Shown here: positions 9,821 to 19,036 of the stretch, piece after piece
How positions within the stretch are numbered: the first letter of the stretch is position 1
Layout of the letters: the number at the start of each line of letters is the position of its first letter
Assembly: GCA_965224485.1 (NCBI GenBank)
Contig: CBDCZH010000016.1
Coordinates: forward strand, 224,001-288,000
Direction: 5' to 3'
DNA from: Arcobacteraceae bacterium
GTDB lineage: Bacteria; Campylobacterota; Campylobacteria; Campylobacterales; Arcobacteraceae
DNA length: 64,000 nucleotides
Made by a program: the position numbers and the translations under genes
Notes under the pieces: model-generated
Database searches by the model: none
Seen by the model: only the letters and a program-made list of their open reading frames with translations
What the model was told of the DNA's origin: nothing

Positions 9821-10792
9821 TATTTTTACTAAATATCTTCCAACAGCTTTTCCAGCCAAAAGTTTTTCGTAAGCTTCTTTGATTCCTTCTAAAGATATTT
9901 CACTTGTTAAATCCTCCAAAGTATCAATTTTAAACTCTTCTGCTAATTTTTTCCAAGCGTCTTCTTTTTTCTCTAACTTTGCTTCAACAGAGTCAATACC
10001 AATAAGTCTAACTCCTCTTAAAATAAAAGGAAAAACATTGGTATTAAGTTCATGAGATGATGTTAAACCACAACAAGTTGCAACTCCATCATATTTAATA
10101 GCTTTTAATGCTTCATTTAAAATGTTTCCCCCAACTGTATCAATGACTGCATCAAATCTTTCTTTGTTCATAGGTTTTTTGTTTTCAAGGTCAAAATCTT
10201 TTCTAAGAATCACTTCTTTAGCCCCTAGTTTTTTTAAAAAAGGAATTTTTTCTTCTTTTCCTGAAATAGCAACTACATTAAATCCAAGTTTTGCCAATAT
10301 AGAAATAGCAATACTTCCCACTCCTCCTGTTGCTCCTGTTACTAAAACTTCGCCAGAACTAATGCCATTATTTAATAACTCATTTACACTTAAAGCAGCA
10401 GTCAATCCAGCAGTTCCATAAATCATAATTTCTTTTGCACTTATGTTTGTGGGTTTTTTTACTACCCAAGATGCTGGAACTTTTACAAATTGGGCATGTC
10501 CTCCATCTGTATTCATTCCCATATCATAACCAGTTACTAAAACTTCATCATTTACCTTAAAGGAAGTAGAGTTACTTTCTTCAATTATTCCTGCTACATC
10601 TATTCCTGTTATATGAGGAAAACTTCGTGTAACTCCTGGATTTCCAATAGAACTAAGAGCATCTTTAAAATTAAGCGAAGAATAACTTACTTTAATTAAT
10701 ACTTCGTCTAAAGAAATTGTAGGTTTCTCTACTTCTTTTACATAAGAACTATATTTTTTATTTTCACTTTTTTCTACAACATAAGCTTTCAT
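9818..10792 (-). CDS. acuI: YhdH/AcuI-family NADPH quinone/acryloyl-CoA reductase (MDR family)
   Basis: YSSLNFKDAL, GTAGLTAAL, VTGATGGVGS, PFILRGVRLIGIDS. Confidence 0.88.
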   Translation of the reverse strand: MKAYVVEKSENKKYSSYVKEVEKPTISLDEVLIKVSYSSLNFKDALSSIGNPGVTRSFPHITGIDVAGIIEESNSTSFKVNDEVLVTGYDMGMNTDGGHAQFVKVPASWVVKKPTNISAKEIMIYGTAGLTAALSVNELLNNGISSGEVLVTGATGGVGSIAISILAKLGFNVVAISGKEEKIPFLKKLGAKEVILRKDFDLENKKPMNKERFDAVIDTVGGNILNEALKAIKYDGVATCCGLTSSHELNTNVFPFILRGVRLIGIDSVEAKLEKKEDAWKKLAEEFKIDTLEDLTSEISLEGIKEAYEKLLAGKAVGRYLVKI

Positions 10793-10846
10793 ATACACTC
10801 CTATACTTTTTTCTTAAGTTTAGCTAAACTACAAGTATATAACAAG

Positions 10847-10882
10847 TACTAACTAAAAAGATAGATACTTACTAAAAAGATA
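10847..10882. promoter_or_regulatory. Tandem 17-bp repeat, putative HxlR operator in the divergent acuI/hxlR promoter
   Basis: TACTAACTAAAAAGATA at 10847 and TACTTACTAAAAAGATA at 10866. Confidence 0.55.
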
Positions 10883-10906
10883 CTTAAGTGAATTTAAGGG
10901 ATTTAT

Positions 10907-11233
10907 ATGGCTAAAAAAATTGAAAAAATTTATGAGAAGTGTCCAGTTGAAACTGCATTAGATGTTTTATTAGGTAAATGGAAGATATTAATTTTATGGT
11001 ATTTAAGAGCTGAAACTAAAAGATTTAGCGAATTACAAAAACTATTACCACATACAACACAAAAAATGTTAATTCAAAAATTAAGAGAGTTAGAAAAAGA
11101 TGGAATTGTGAAAAGAGAGGTATATCCTGTTGTTCCTCCAAAAGTTGAGTACTCTTTAACTCTTTATGGTCAAAGTCTAAAACCTATTTTAAAGCAACTT
11201 TACTTGTGGGGAGAAATACATAAGAAAAAATAG
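10907..11233 (+). CDS. HxlR-family transcriptional regulator
   Basis: [30 protein letters not shown]. Confidence 0.93.
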   Translation: MAKKIEKIYEKCPVETALDVLLGKWKILILWYLRAETKRFSELQKLLPHTTQKMLIQKLRELEKDGIVKREVYPVVPPKVEYSLTLYGQSLKPILKQLYLWGEIHKKK

Positions 11234-11255
11234 AATTTTTTATTTTATTGATTAA

Positions 11256-11283
11256 CATAAAAAGAGATTACTCCCTTTTTATG
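11256..11283. terminator. Hairpin/terminator between convergent hxlR and torA
   Basis: cataaaaag...ctttttatg imperfect inverted repeat. Confidence 0.5.
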
Positions 11284-11289
11284 ATTTCT

Positions 11290-13752
11290 TTACGATATTA
11301 TATTTGGTTTATCAAATACAGTAATTTTTGGAATTTCTTCTTTATATTTCTCTATATCTGCTAAAACAGTATTCGCAATATTCCCTTGTGCTAATTTTGA
11401 TGTTCCTTTATCAATAGTAAGTTGATTTACATCTCCATGTTTACACATAGTATTTTTCTTACTTGAATCCTGTGGATCATACCAACCACCTTCATCCATT
11501 TTAAGAACACCAGGTAGTACATTGTTTGTTACAATTGCTCCTGCTAAAGTAGAACCTCTTTGGTTAAACACTTTTACAATATCTCCATTTTTAATACCTC
11601 TTAATTTTGCATCTTGAGGATTAATCCAAATAGGTTCTCTTCCTTGTACTTCATATAATTCTCTTAACCATGTATTACTAAGTTGTGAGTGTAATCTATA
11701 TTTAGGATGAGGAGATAGTACATGAAAAGGATATTTTTTAGCAATTTTTGACCCTAACCATTCTGCTGGTTCAATCCAAGATGGATATGCTAAACAATCA
11801 TCATATTTAAATTTCTCAATAGTTCTAGAAGAAATCTCAATTCTACCTGAAGGAGTACCAAGAGGATTTAACATTGGATTTTTTCTATATGTTTCATATC
11901 TTGTAAAGTTTTTTGCTTCTTTGCTTACATCAAATTTAACAAAACCTTTTTCCCAAAATTCTTCAAATGATGGCATTTTAATATTTTTTTGCTCTGCTTG
12001 AGATTTTGAATTATTATAAAATTCTTTTATCCAATCTAACTGTGTTTCTTTTCCATCTGTGAACTCTTTTTCATAACCCATTTTTTTAGAAATTAATCTA
12101 CAAATTTCGTAATCATCTTTAGATTCTTTTATAGGTTCAATTGCTTTTTTCATAGCTATAATATGGCTACTATTATAATCTCCAATTACTTCAATATCAT
12201 TTCTTTCAATTTCAGTAGTTGCTGGCAATACGATATCAGCCATTCTCGCTGTTGGAGTCCAAAAAGGGTCATGAACAATAAATGTTTCTAATTTTTCCCA
12301 AGCTTTAATCATAGTATTTCTATCTTGGTGGTGATGAAATGGATTTCCACTTGTCCAGTAAACCATTTTTATATCAGGATATGTGATTTTTTTACCATTA
12401 AAATCAATTTCTTTACCTGGATTTTGAATCATATCAACCATTCTTGCACAAGGAATGTTAAATGTTTTATAATCTAACCAAGGTCCCTTTTTATTACTAT
12501 TAATATTTGTAGAAATTCCACCTAATCCAGGAGCATTAGCACTTGGTGTTCCCCCATTTGAATAATGATAACTAAGTCCGAAACCACAACCAGGAACTCC
12601 AATTTGCCCTAACATTGCAGCTAATGTTACTAACATCCAGTGAAATTGTTCACCATGATCAGCTCTTTGTACAGCCCATCCTGCCATTAACATTGTATTA
12701 TTATCTTTTAATTGTTTTGCAAACTTTTTAATTACATTTTCATCAACTCCACAAATTTCAGAAGCCCATTTTGCACTTTTAGGAGTATTATCATTTGTTC
12801 CTAATAAATATTTTTTAAATTTATTAAATCCTACTGTATATTTTTTAATAAATTTGGCATCATACTGTTTTGATGTATATAAATAATGTATCATTCCTAA
12901 CATCATTGCTGTATCAGTATTTGGTTTAGGCTTTATTTCACTTGCATTAAAATACATAGCTGTATCATTTGTAATTGGATCAACTGAATATACATTGATA
13001 TTACCTTTTTCTTTTTCTTTTTTTAGTTGTTCTAAATAAGGAAAAGCTCCATGTCCTGCAACATCCCACTCAATTTGGCAAGTTACCATAGGATTAGCAC
13101 CCCAAAAAACAACATTTTTTGCATGTTTTAAAACTAATGGCCAAGATGTTTGTTGTTCATAAACTTCTATGCTTCCCACAACATGTGGCATAATTACTTG
13201 AGCTGCTGCTGTTGAATAATCACCTGTTCTACCAGTATATCCACCAGATATTTTCATCATTCTATTCATCAATGTTTGAGGATTATGAAGTTTTCCTGTA
13301 CAATACCAACCATAACTACCTGCATAAATACTTTTATAACCATGTGTTTTTTGAACTCTTATAATTTCGTCACTTACTAACTCAATTGCTTTATCCCAAG
13401 ATACTCTTACAAATTTCTCGCTACCTCTTTTAGAACTATCACTTTTATATCCATCTTTTAGAAACCCTTCTCTTACCATTGGGTACTCAACTCGAGTTTT
13501 TGCATATGTTCTACTAGGAAGTGCATTAATCATAGGACTTGGGTGGACATCATCTTCAAAAGGTGTAACTCCTGTGAATTGACCACCTCTTACATGTGCT
13601 CTAAATGCACCAAAATGTGAGCCACTAATAAACTTTGATTTATTTGCAATTGGACCGCTTATTAGACTATTAGCACTTGATTGTGTAACTGCTGCAACAG
13701 TTGCAACAGCACCTATACCTTTTATAAAACCTCTTCTATTGATTTTTTCCAT
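11290..13752 (-). CDS. torA: Periplasmic molybdopterin S/N-oxide reductase (TorA/TorZ/BisC/MtsZ clade)
   Basis: Tat signal NRRGFIKG, GSYGW, GDYS (Mo-ligating Ser), SPHPKYRLHSQL; no N-terminal Fe-S motif. Confidence 0.92.
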   Translation of the reverse strand: MEKINRRGFIKGIGAVATVAAVTQSSANSLISGPIANKSKFISGSHFGAFRAHVRGGQFTGVTPFEDDVHPSPMINALPSRTYAKTRVEYPMVREGFLKDGYKSDSSKRGSEKFVRVSWDKAIELVSDEIIRVQKTHGYKSIYAGSYGWYCTGKLHNPQTLMNRMMKISGGYTGRTGDYSTAAAQVIMPHVVGSIEVYEQQTSWPLVLKHAKNVVFWGANPMVTCQIEWDVAGHGAFPYLEQLKKEKEKGNINVYSVDPITNDTAMYFNASEIKPKPNTDTAMMLGMIHYLYTSKQYDAKFIKKYTVGFNKFKKYLLGTNDNTPKSAKWASEICGVDENVIKKFAKQLKDNNTMLMAGWAVQRADHGEQFHWMLVTLAAMLGQIGVPGCGFGLSYHYSNGGTPSANAPGLGGISTNINSNKKGPWLDYKTFNIPCARMVDMIQNPGKEIDFNGKKITYPDIKMVYWTSGNPFHHHQDRNTMIKAWEKLETFIVHDPFWTPTARMADIVLPATTEIERNDIEVIGDYNSSHIIAMKKAIEPIKESKDDYEICRLISKKMGYEKEFTDGKETQLDWIKEFYNNSKSQAEQKNIKMPSFEEFWEKGFVKFDVSKEAKNFTRYETYRKNPMLNPLGTPSGRIEISSRTIEKFKYDDCLAYPSWIEPAEWLGSKIAKKYPFHVLSPHPKYRLHSQLSNTWLRELYEVQGREPIWINPQDAKLRGIKNGDIVKVFNQRGSTLAGAIVTNNVLPGVLKMDEGGWYDPQDSSKKNTMCKHGDVNQLTIDKGTSKLAQGNIANTVLADIEKYKEEIPKITVFDKPNIIS

Positions 13753-13754
13753 AA

Positions 13755-14339
13755 TTATTCCTTTCTTGCTTTTTCTTGTACATATTTTGTCACTAAAACT
13801 GATTCTTTTTTATTTAATCCAGCTCTTGAAGCCATAGATTTGATTACCCCTGGCCATTGATTTGCTGTGAAATGCTCTAAATCAGGTGTAGCATGACATG
13901 CACCACATCTTTGTTCATATAAAGTTTGGGCTTTTTTCCAAACCATTAATATATTATTTACAGTATTTTTTTCTTTAATCCATAATTTTATAGATACCTT
14001 GTTCCATACTGTTTCATAATAATCACTTTGCTTTTTAATAACTTTTATATCTTTAATTAAACTTTCATCAAGTACAGCATAAATAACTCTAACCCCAATA
14101 TTTTTAAAAATAATAGTTTCAGAGCCCTCTGAACTCCAACCAGTAAGTTCAACAAGTACTAAGTCATTTTTCTTTTTTATAAATCTAAGTGGTGTTGCAG
14201 GTTCAATATGTCCCTTTTTTACCGATGTATCTGGATTTAGGTATATATTTGCATTTTTTTGAGTATAGATATTCTTAGCATTTGCAAAAGATAAACTTGT
14301 GCATAGAATAAATATAAAAACAAAAATTCTTCTTTTCAT
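13755..14339 (-). CDS. torC: Monoheme c-type cytochrome, partner of the S/N-oxide reductase (Campylobacter TorC type)
   Basis: Signal peptide; C-terminal CGACH...FTANQWPGVIKSM resembling the TorC C-terminal heme domain. Confidence 0.85.
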   Translation of the reverse strand: MKRRIFVFIFILCTSLSFANAKNIYTQKNANIYLNPDTSVKKGHIEPATPLRFIKKKNDLVLVELTGWSSEGSETIIFKNIGVRVIYAVLDESLIKDIKVIKKQSDYYETVWNKVSIKLWIKEKNTVNNILMVWKKAQTLYEQRCGACHATPDLEHFTANQWPGVIKSMASRAGLNKKESVLVTKYVQEKARKE

Positions 14340-14369
14340 AGATTCTCCTTAAAATTCATTTGTAATAAA

Positions 14370-14402
14370 ATTATATAAGGAAACTGTGAATAAACTATGA
14401 AT
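14370..14402 (-). promoter_or_regulatory. torC promoter: -10 TATAAT plus tandem 11-bp direct repeat (OmpR-type box)
   Basis: attata at 14370-14375; aaactgtgaat 14381-14391 and aaactatgaat 14392-14402. Confidence 0.65.
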
Positions 14403-14405
14403 TTT

Positions 14406-15092
14406 TTAGATATCTAATAAATATCCTAATCCCTGTATGTTTTTAAATAAATCTAAATGAGTTTTTTTTCTTAATTTTTTTATATATGCTCGTATAGTAT
14501 CTTGAGTAGCACCTTTTTCTTGCCAGACATAATTTTCTATCATAATGTAAGTAACTAAGTGTTTTTTGTTATGTATAAATAATTCTAAAAGTCTTTTTTC
14601 TATTTTAGTTAAAGAAATAAGTTCTCTTTTTTTATATAACTCTTTAGTTCGCGTATTATAATGAAATTCATTTTTTAAATTAATTGTACTTTGTGTATCA
14701 AATATTTGAGCAATTGTTATTTTCATAGCAGTGATTAATTGTTTTTTATCAAAAGGTTTGTTAAGTAAAGTACTAGAATGAAGTTTTATAGCTTCCAAAA
14801 TATTATCATCTGTATTATAAGCAGTTAAGAAAATAACAGGAAGATTAGGATTTGTTTTCCTTACTTCTTTAATCATCTTAAGTCCATTCATATCAATCAT
14901 ATTAATATCAGTTATGATTAAATCAAGATCTTTTTTATAAAAAATATCTAAGCCTTGTTTACCATTTGAACTTTCATAAACTTCTTTTACTAAAGGTTCT
15001 ATGGATTCTTTTATTACTTGTCTTAAATTATCTTCATCTTCAACTAAGAGGATTTTTAATTCTTTTAAAAATATATCAATTTGATTTGTCAA
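14406..15092 (-). CDS. OmpR-family response regulator
   Basis: LLVEDE, TDINM, FLTAY, NKP; C-terminal IKKLRKK...GLGY. Confidence 0.92.
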   Translation of the reverse strand: MTNQIDIFLKELKILLVEDEDNLRQVIKESIEPLVKEVYESSNGKQGLDIFYKKDLDLIITDINMIDMNGLKMIKEVRKTNPNLPVIFLTAYNTDDNILEAIKLHSSTLLNKPFDKKQLITAMKITIAQIFDTQSTINLKNEFHYNTRTKELYKKRELISLTKIEKRLLELFIHNKKHLVTYIMIENYVWQEKGATQDTIRAYIKKLRKKTHLDLFKNIQGLGYLLDI

Positions 15093-17130
15093 ATTCTCTC
15101 CTTAACTCTATTATAAAACTAGTTGGATTTTTACATTTCTGTAAAAATAATCTTCCTTCCATCTTATCTTCTATTAACAGTTTACACAAATGTAATCCTA
15201 ATCCTGTTCCTTCTTTTCCTTTAGTAGTATAAAGAGCTTGAAAAATTTTATCTTTTTGTAAATAATTAATTCCTTCTGCATTATCTTCAATTCTTATAAT
15301 ATAAGTATTATTTTGTTTTTCTAAATATATGTCTATACTTGCATCTTTACTAGAATCTTTTTTTAATGAGCTTTTTAAAGCATCCTTTGAATTATCTATT
15401 AAATTTAAAAGAACTTGTTTTAAATATGAGCCATATGAATAAATTTCATATGATATGTTTTTATCATAATTAAATTGAAGTTTAATTCCATTAATCTGTA
15501 AACTTGGCATTATTATTAAATTAATTTCATTAAAAACATTAACTATATCAAAATTGTTTTTACTGATATCTTCTTTATAAAAATTTCTAAATGTTTCAAT
15601 AGTTTCATTCATTAATTCTATATTTGCTCTTGATCTTAACAGGTACTCGTGTGCTAAGGGCATTTTACTTTTATTAATCATTTCTTCTAAATTACTTATT
15701 AATAATAGTAAAATACTTAAAGGTTGTCTCCATTGATGAGATATTGCACTTATCATTTCACCTAAAGCAACCATTTTGCTGTTTTGAATATAAATCTTCT
15801 CTTGAATTGATTCTTTTTTCTCTAAAAAAGCCTCTTTTGAAATATCTGTAATGATAATTAAAAAACCTTCAAAGTATTTATTTGCTCTTAATAAGGGTTT
15901 TATTTGCATATCATAAACTATATCTTCATTTTGTATTTTAAAAGAAATGATTTTATTAGGATCATTTTTTAATTCTTCAAAATAATCTTTATCTTTAGGA
16001 AAAATATTTTTATTATTTATAAGATGAGATATATTGTAAATACTTTTGGAATAAATTTCTTTATTTCTAAAAGAGAATATTCTTTCATAAAATTTATTTA
16101 CAAATACAATTGAACCAATTTCATTTGTCATTAACACACCCCAAGATGAACTTTTTGCGAATAGTTCTAATAAGTGTCTGCTATTGTAGAGTCTTTTTTG
16201 TGTCCACGAAATATACAAAAAACTTAAAAGACCTAAAAATACTAACGATAAAGTAATAATAGAATTAATAAATAGTTTATCATTTAATTTTTTGTATATT
16301 TTTTTTTCATCTAATACACTAATGAAAATCCAATTACTATTTTTAAGTGAATCAAAGGTAAAAATATAATTATTTCCATCTATCATGAATGTTTTCACTC
16401 CAGATTTTTTATGCAAAAAAGATTTACTTAGTTTTTTTAAAACTGTCTCTTTTATTTTAAATCCAAACTCTTTTGCTTTTAAAATAATATCACCTTCTTT
16501 TGACATCATAAAAGCAAATCCGTCTTTTACAGGCATTAAAGATAAAATATCTCTCTTAAAAGTATTGATTTTTATATCACTTGATAAAACAGCATATAAT
16601 TTGTTATTTTTGTAAATAGGGCTTGCAATTGAAATTACATTACCTTCTAAATCTGAATCTTTGTAAGGTGGGGTAACAATTATTTTTTTATTTTTTTTAA
16701 CATCTTTATACCATTGTCTCTTTGTGGCTTTATACCATTTAGGGGCAACCCAGCTAATTCCTGTTATAAAGTAATCATCATAATATCCTATATAAACACT
16801 TCTAAAATCACCATTTTTAATACTAAGAGCTAAAATATCTTTAATTAAAGAATAGTCTAATATCCTGTCTTTTTTAGAAATATATAATGCAGTTGCTTGA
16901 ATTACCCTTTTTTTAGAATTAAGTTTCTCATCAATCTTTCTTTTATAAGCTTTTACTAGTTGTATTTGATTTTGTCTTACAGTGTCTAAAAGTAAATCTC
17001 TGTTACTTGAATAGTTAGAATAAATAACAAATATATATGTTAATAAAATCATTAGTAGTATACTTATAATAAATAAATATTTTCTTCTATTTACTCTTTG
17101 AAATTTATTTTTCATTTTGATTTCTTTCAT
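15076..17130 (-). CDS. dCache_1 + PAS sensor histidine kinase
   Basis: TM-dCache (YKATKRQWY...PYKD...SSD)-TM, PAS-like region, HQWRQPL, GTGLGL. Confidence 0.9.
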   Translation of the reverse strand: MKEIKMKNKFQRVNRRKYLFIISILLMILLTYIFVIYSNYSSNRDLLLDTVRQNQIQLVKAYKRKIDEKLNSKKRVIQATALYISKKDRILDYSLIKDILALSIKNGDFRSVYIGYYDDYFITGISWVAPKWYKATKRQWYKDVKKNKKIIVTPPYKDSDLEGNVISIASPIYKNNKLYAVLSSDIKINTFKRDILSLMPVKDGFAFMMSKEGDIILKAKEFGFKIKETVLKKLSKSFLHKKSGVKTFMIDGNNYIFTFDSLKNSNWIFISVLDEKKIYKKLNDKLFINSIITLSLVFLGLLSFLYISWTQKRLYNSRHLLELFAKSSSWGVLMTNEIGSIVFVNKFYERIFSFRNKEIYSKSIYNISHLINNKNIFPKDKDYFEELKNDPNKIISFKIQNEDIVYDMQIKPLLRANKYFEGFLIIITDISKEAFLEKKESIQEKIYIQNSKMVALGEMISAISHQWRQPLSILLLLISNLEEMINKSKMPLAHEYLLRSRANIELMNETIETFRNFYKEDISKNNFDIVNVFNEINLIIMPSLQINGIKLQFNYDKNISYEIYSYGSYLKQVLLNLIDNSKDALKSSLKKDSSKDASIDIYLEKQNNTYIIRIEDNAEGINYLQKDKIFQALYTTKGKEGTGLGLHLCKLLIEDKMEGRLFLQKCKNPTSFIIELRREFDKSN

Positions 17131-17246
17131 TTATTAAAAAATTATTTAAAAGTTTATCTTTTTCCTCATAAATAGTTTGCATGAATTATTTAAATAGTGA
17201 AATAGTCTAAAATTATTTGTTAAAAGAAGTAGATTATAAAAATAAT

Positions 17247-17453
17247 TTATTTATTTTTAGTTTTGCACTTTTTATTGTCTAAGGGAAAGAAGTAGTCTTT
17301 TGTGATTAAACATATGGATATTATCCATAAGATATCCATGATATAGTTGTTATGATACGAGAGATAAAAATAAGCTATTGGCAAAAAAATAGCTAAAGGA
17401 TACTTAATAAAATAAAAAAAGAAGATAAGTGTTCCATAAATAATTTTAAGCAT
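17247..17453 (-). CDS. Small hypothetical membrane protein
   Basis: 68 aa with two hydrophobic segments; overlaps the upstream gene and has an AAGGA RBS. Confidence 0.6.
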   Translation of the reverse strand: MLKIIYGTLIFFFYFIKYPLAIFLPIAYFYLSYHNNYIMDILWIISICLITKDYFFPLDNKKCKTKNK

Positions 17454-18138
17454 ATCTTTCCTTTAGTAAAAAATAAAACACTACAGATAAGCCTGCTGAA
17501 CTTAAAGATAAAGCCATAATCATAATTTGGTATCTTATTGCTATTAAAGGATCAACTCCTGAAAGTATTTGTCCTGTCATCATACCAGGTAAGGCAACTA
17601 AACCAACTGCAAACAACGCATTTATTTGAGGAATCATTGAGAGTTTAAAAGAGTTCTTTCTTGCTTGCTTAAAACTTTTTGTTGTTATAATTTCTTTTTG
17701 GAATCTTTGTATTACTAGGGATAAAGCATTCATGCTATTTATAAAAATCATTCCAGCAATTGGAATAACAAAACGTGGTTCATATAAGTTATTTAAATCT
17801 AAAACAAATTGTATTACTAAATACAGGTGAAATAAGCCAGAAATACTAATTGAGCTAAAAATAAATATATATTCTTTAAAACTTTTATCTAAACTATTTC
17901 TAATCGTAATAAAAGAAGCAATTATAAGCATAAATAAAATAATTGCCAAACCTAATAAATAATTTGTTTCTTTAAAAAGATAAATTAAAAGATAAGCTAT
18001 TAAAATAAGCTGTACAATCATTCTAAGTGTTGCATAAATTATCTCTTTATCATCACCTGTCCATTTTTTATAAAAATACCAAAGTATTATTATTGGAAAT
18101 AAGGTAAATAATAAATTAGTAAAAGGAATGTTTTGCAT
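17446..18138 (-). CDS. UPF0014/FetB (YbbM)-type ABC transporter permease
   Basis: RMIVQL, GLVALPGMMTGQILSG, AIRYQIMIM. Confidence 0.88.
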   Translation of the reverse strand: MQNIPFTNLLFTLFPIIILWYFYKKWTGDDKEIIYATLRMIVQLILIAYLLIYLFKETNYLLGLAIILFMLIIASFITIRNSLDKSFKEYIFIFSSISISGLFHLYLVIQFVLDLNNLYEPRFVIPIAGMIFINSMNALSLVIQRFQKEIITTKSFKQARKNSFKLSMIPQINALFAVGLVALPGMMTGQILSGVDPLIAIRYQIMIMALSLSSAGLSVVFYFLLKERYA

Positions 18139-18139
18139 T

Positions 18140-19036
18140 TTATTGGTTTAGTAAATCTCTTAAACTATCTTTTGGGTTTTTGCCCTGTAGTACTTTTTGA
18201 ACTTCTAGGGCAATAGGAGTATAAATATCATATTTTTTACTTAAATGAATAATAGCATCAGCTGTTTTCACCCCTTCTGCAACTTCTCCTAATTCTTCTA
18301 AAATTTCTTCAAGAGTTTTTCTTTTAGCAAGTCCTAAACCAACTCTATAATTACGACTTAAAGTAGAACTAGCTGTTAAAAATAAATCCCCTGCTCCACT
18401 AAGTCCTAAAAAGCTAGATTTTTTTGCTCCAAAATGTTTTCCAAATCTTTGCATTTCTACTAAACCTCTTGCTATTAAAGAAGCTCTAGCATTGTTTCCA
18501 AGATCTAAACCCTCACAAATACCAGAAGCAATAGCAAGTACATTTTTATAAGCTCCTGCTACTTCTGCTCCTATTACATCTTTTGAATAATAAGTTTTTA
18601 GAAAATTAGGAAAAAATTCTTTAAATTCATTATAAAGTTTTTTTGATTTTGAGTTTATTACAATAGCTGCTGGAAGTCCTTTTATTACTTCTGCTGCAAA
18701 TGAAGGTCCTGAGATAAAACCAATATTTGAAGAAGGAACAAACTGCTCATAAATTTCATTTAAAAACATACCTGTTTTTGCTTCAATTCCTTTAGACGCC
18801 ACTAGAATTTTTTGATTTTTAAAAATAAAGTTTTGTTTTAACCAAGATCTAATTTCTTGAGCTGGAATTGCTATGATTAAATAATCACAATTTAAAACTT
18901 TTTCTAAAGAAGTAAAGTTTTTAATATCTCTAGGTGTTCTTGATGTTATATAAACCTCTTGTTTTTGGCTTAAAGCATAATGTAATGCTTCTCCCCACTT
19001 ACCAGCTCCAATAACACCTATTGATATTTTTGACAT
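18140..19036 (-). CDS. gpsA: NAD(P)H-dependent glycerol-3-phosphate dehydrogenase
   Basis: GAGKWG, SKGIE, SGPSFA, GAYKNVLAIASG, GDLFLT, SRN. Confidence 0.96.
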   Translation of the reverse strand: MSKISIGVIGAGKWGEALHYALSQKQEVYITSRTPRDIKNFTSLEKVLNCDYLIIAIPAQEIRSWLKQNFIFKNQKILVASKGIEAKTGMFLNEIYEQFVPSSNIGFISGPSFAAEVIKGLPAAIVINSKSKKLYNEFKEFFPNFLKTYYSKDVIGAEVAGAYKNVLAIASGICEGLDLGNNARASLIARGLVEMQRFGKHFGAKKSSFLGLSGAGDLFLTASSTLSRNYRVGLGLAKRKTLEEILEELGEVAEGVKTADAIIHLSKKYDIYTPIALEVQKVLQGKNPKDSLRDLLNQ

